Source: Gekko japonicus
Taxonomy: Eukaryota
Reading direction: 5' to 3'
NCBI RefSeq assembly: GCF_001447785.1
Contig: NW_015172003.1
Coordinates: 1,372,708-1,436,707, forward strand
DNA: 64,000 nt
The position numbers and the translations under genes are program-made. Shown piece after piece: positions 63,401 to 64,000 of the stretch; position 1 is the first letter of the stretch; every line of letters begins with the position of its first letter. The notes beneath the pieces were generated by a model that was not told the DNA's origin, did no database searches, and saw nothing but the letters and a program-made list of their open reading frames with translations.

Positions 63401-63998
63401 TGTTATTTTGCTAAATTCCTTATGTTCAGTGTTTGTTTAGATAATATATAGCTTACTAGAGTCTCAAGAAATCTCAGCAGGGCTTTCATAGCACACACTG
63501 ATTCTGCACTGATCTTCGTTTACCTAATTTCATTTCCTCATGATACCTTCCTGTCTCCATTGTTTGTGTTTATTCTTGCTTTCTTTGCCACTACACTGAA
63601 AAAGCTGCATATGCTGCACTGAAAAAAAAAATCAGCCACCATTACTAACATACATTTTACTAAACAGAGGTGTGGGGGGAGGACTGCTCTGAGAAATTGC
63701 TGGGCATGGAATTCTAACTTCCTTGTTTAATGGTGTATTGCCAAGGTAATTGCAATGCCCTCAAAATCTGACCAGAGGTGGTGACAACTACTAGAAGGTA
63801 CACTCTGAAAATGCATGTTTGCTGTGTTGCAGATGTGGATGTGATTTCAAAGCTGGCACAGCTTGAATTCCGGTTTGGAGATCCAGAACATGGCAAGGCC
63901 ATTTTTGAGAACACCCTGAGTACATACCCAAAACGCACAGACATCTGGTCAGTTTATATAGACATGATGATAAAACATGGCAGCCAGAAGGAAGTACG
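30410..63998 (+). CDS. PDCD11: RRP5 homolog / programmed cell death 11 (S1 repeats plus C-terminal HAT/TPR), 34 coding exons, about 1757 aa here; 3' end outside the window
   Basis: Exons 30410-30514, 31557-31685, 31924-32091, 33448-33609, 34160-34283, 35311-35492, 36979-37086, 38037-38243, 39229-39353, 41114-41174, 41580-41726, 42774-43025, 43467-43610, 44147-44341, 44972-45142, 46502-46721, 47244-47396, 49908-50023, 50918-51432, 52372-52434, 53493-53601, 54228-54317, 54777-54879, 55629-55806, 56163-56219, 56748-56870, 57339-57461, 57800-57953, 58120-58230, 58340-58477, 59221-59471, 61240-61408, 62258-62411, 63833-63998; phases chain consistently. Signature peptides [61 protein letters not shown]. 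Confidence 0.97.
39462..39662 (+). mobile_element. tRNA-headed SINE with CR1-type tail, degenerate
   Basis: TAGCTCAGTGGT...TGCTTTGCACGCAGAAATTCCCAGGTTC...AGATGGACCAGTGGT; related copies near 4740-4900, 19385-19580(-), 54470-54650(-), 60865-61030. Confidence 0.6.
44342..44971 (+). other. U12-type (minor spliceosome) GT-AG intron in PDCD11
   Basis: 5' site GTATCCTTTT at 44342; branch TTCCTTGAC at 44952-44960; AG at 44970-44971 with no polypyrimidine tract in between; reading frame is preserved. Confidence 0.92.
45497..45842 (+). mobile_element. Full-length Sauria SINE
   Basis: Same family as 2488-2817; perfect 13-bp TSD TTTTAGACTCTGA (45484-45496, 45843-45855); ACCTTTACCTT tail. Confidence 0.92.
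46208..46413. mobile_element. 206-bp hAT MITE
   Basis: TIRs CAATGTTCCCTCTAAGCTG / CAGCTTAGAGGGAACACTG; 8-bp TSD ATCTTGAT (46200-46207, 46414-46421). Confidence 0.92.
50613..50867 (+). mobile_element. tRNA-derived SINE (Squam3-like) with (CTT)n tail
   Basis: GGGGTAGTGGTTAAGTGCGCGGACTCTAATCTGGGAGAACCAGGGTTGATTCCCCACTCC head; TSD CTCTTGTC (50605-50612, 50868-50875). Confidence 0.8.
52553..52981. mobile_element. hAT (Charlie-type) MITE
   Basis: Ends CACAGGTGTCAAAC / GTTTGACACCTCTC; TSD GTCTAGAC/GTCTAGAA; a fragment of the same family near 32705-32880. Confidence 0.85.
59923..60128. mobile_element. 206-bp hAT MITE (inverted copy of 46208-46413)
   Basis: Reverse-complement match to 46208-46413; perfect 8-bp TSD GTCCAAAC (59915-59922, 60129-60136). 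Confidence 0.92.
62788..63281. mobile_element. hAT MITE (TAGGG-ended)
   Basis: TIRs TAGGGGTGGGCACA / TGTGCCCATCCCTA; degenerate 8-bp TSD GTTACTAA/GTTATTGA. Confidence 0.75.
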
Positions 63999-64000
63999 GT

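Overview
Eukaryotic DNA from a squamate reptile (Sauria SINEs and BovB present; a gecko is likely, by inference from the repeat content). It carries the conserved amniote block PCGF6(-) / TAF5(+) / ATP5MK(-) / PDCD11(+). I traced PCGF6 coding exon 1, all 11 TAF5 exons (791 aa), the complete ATP5MK micro-protein gene (61 aa, absent as a whole from the ORF track) and 34 in-frame coding exons of PDCD11/RRP5, which runs off the window end. One PDCD11 intron is U12-type. Non-coding DNA is dense in mobile elements with readable termini: a Foldback/Mutator-like element with 9-bp TSD nested in a Penelope-like remnant, a two-ended internally deleted Helitron with a nested palindromic hAT MITE, several other hAT MITEs with 8-bp TSDs, a solo LTR, 5S-rRNA-derived SINEs, Sauria SINEs and BovB/CR1 ends. 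Penelope-type remnants near both divergent promoter regions retain minimal hammerhead ribozyme cores. I see no convincing wholly new multi-gene system; the best leads are the ribozyme motifs, the Mutator-like element, the Helitron, a 5'UTR G-quadruplex and the minor intron. All coordinates were read by eye and no database searches were run.
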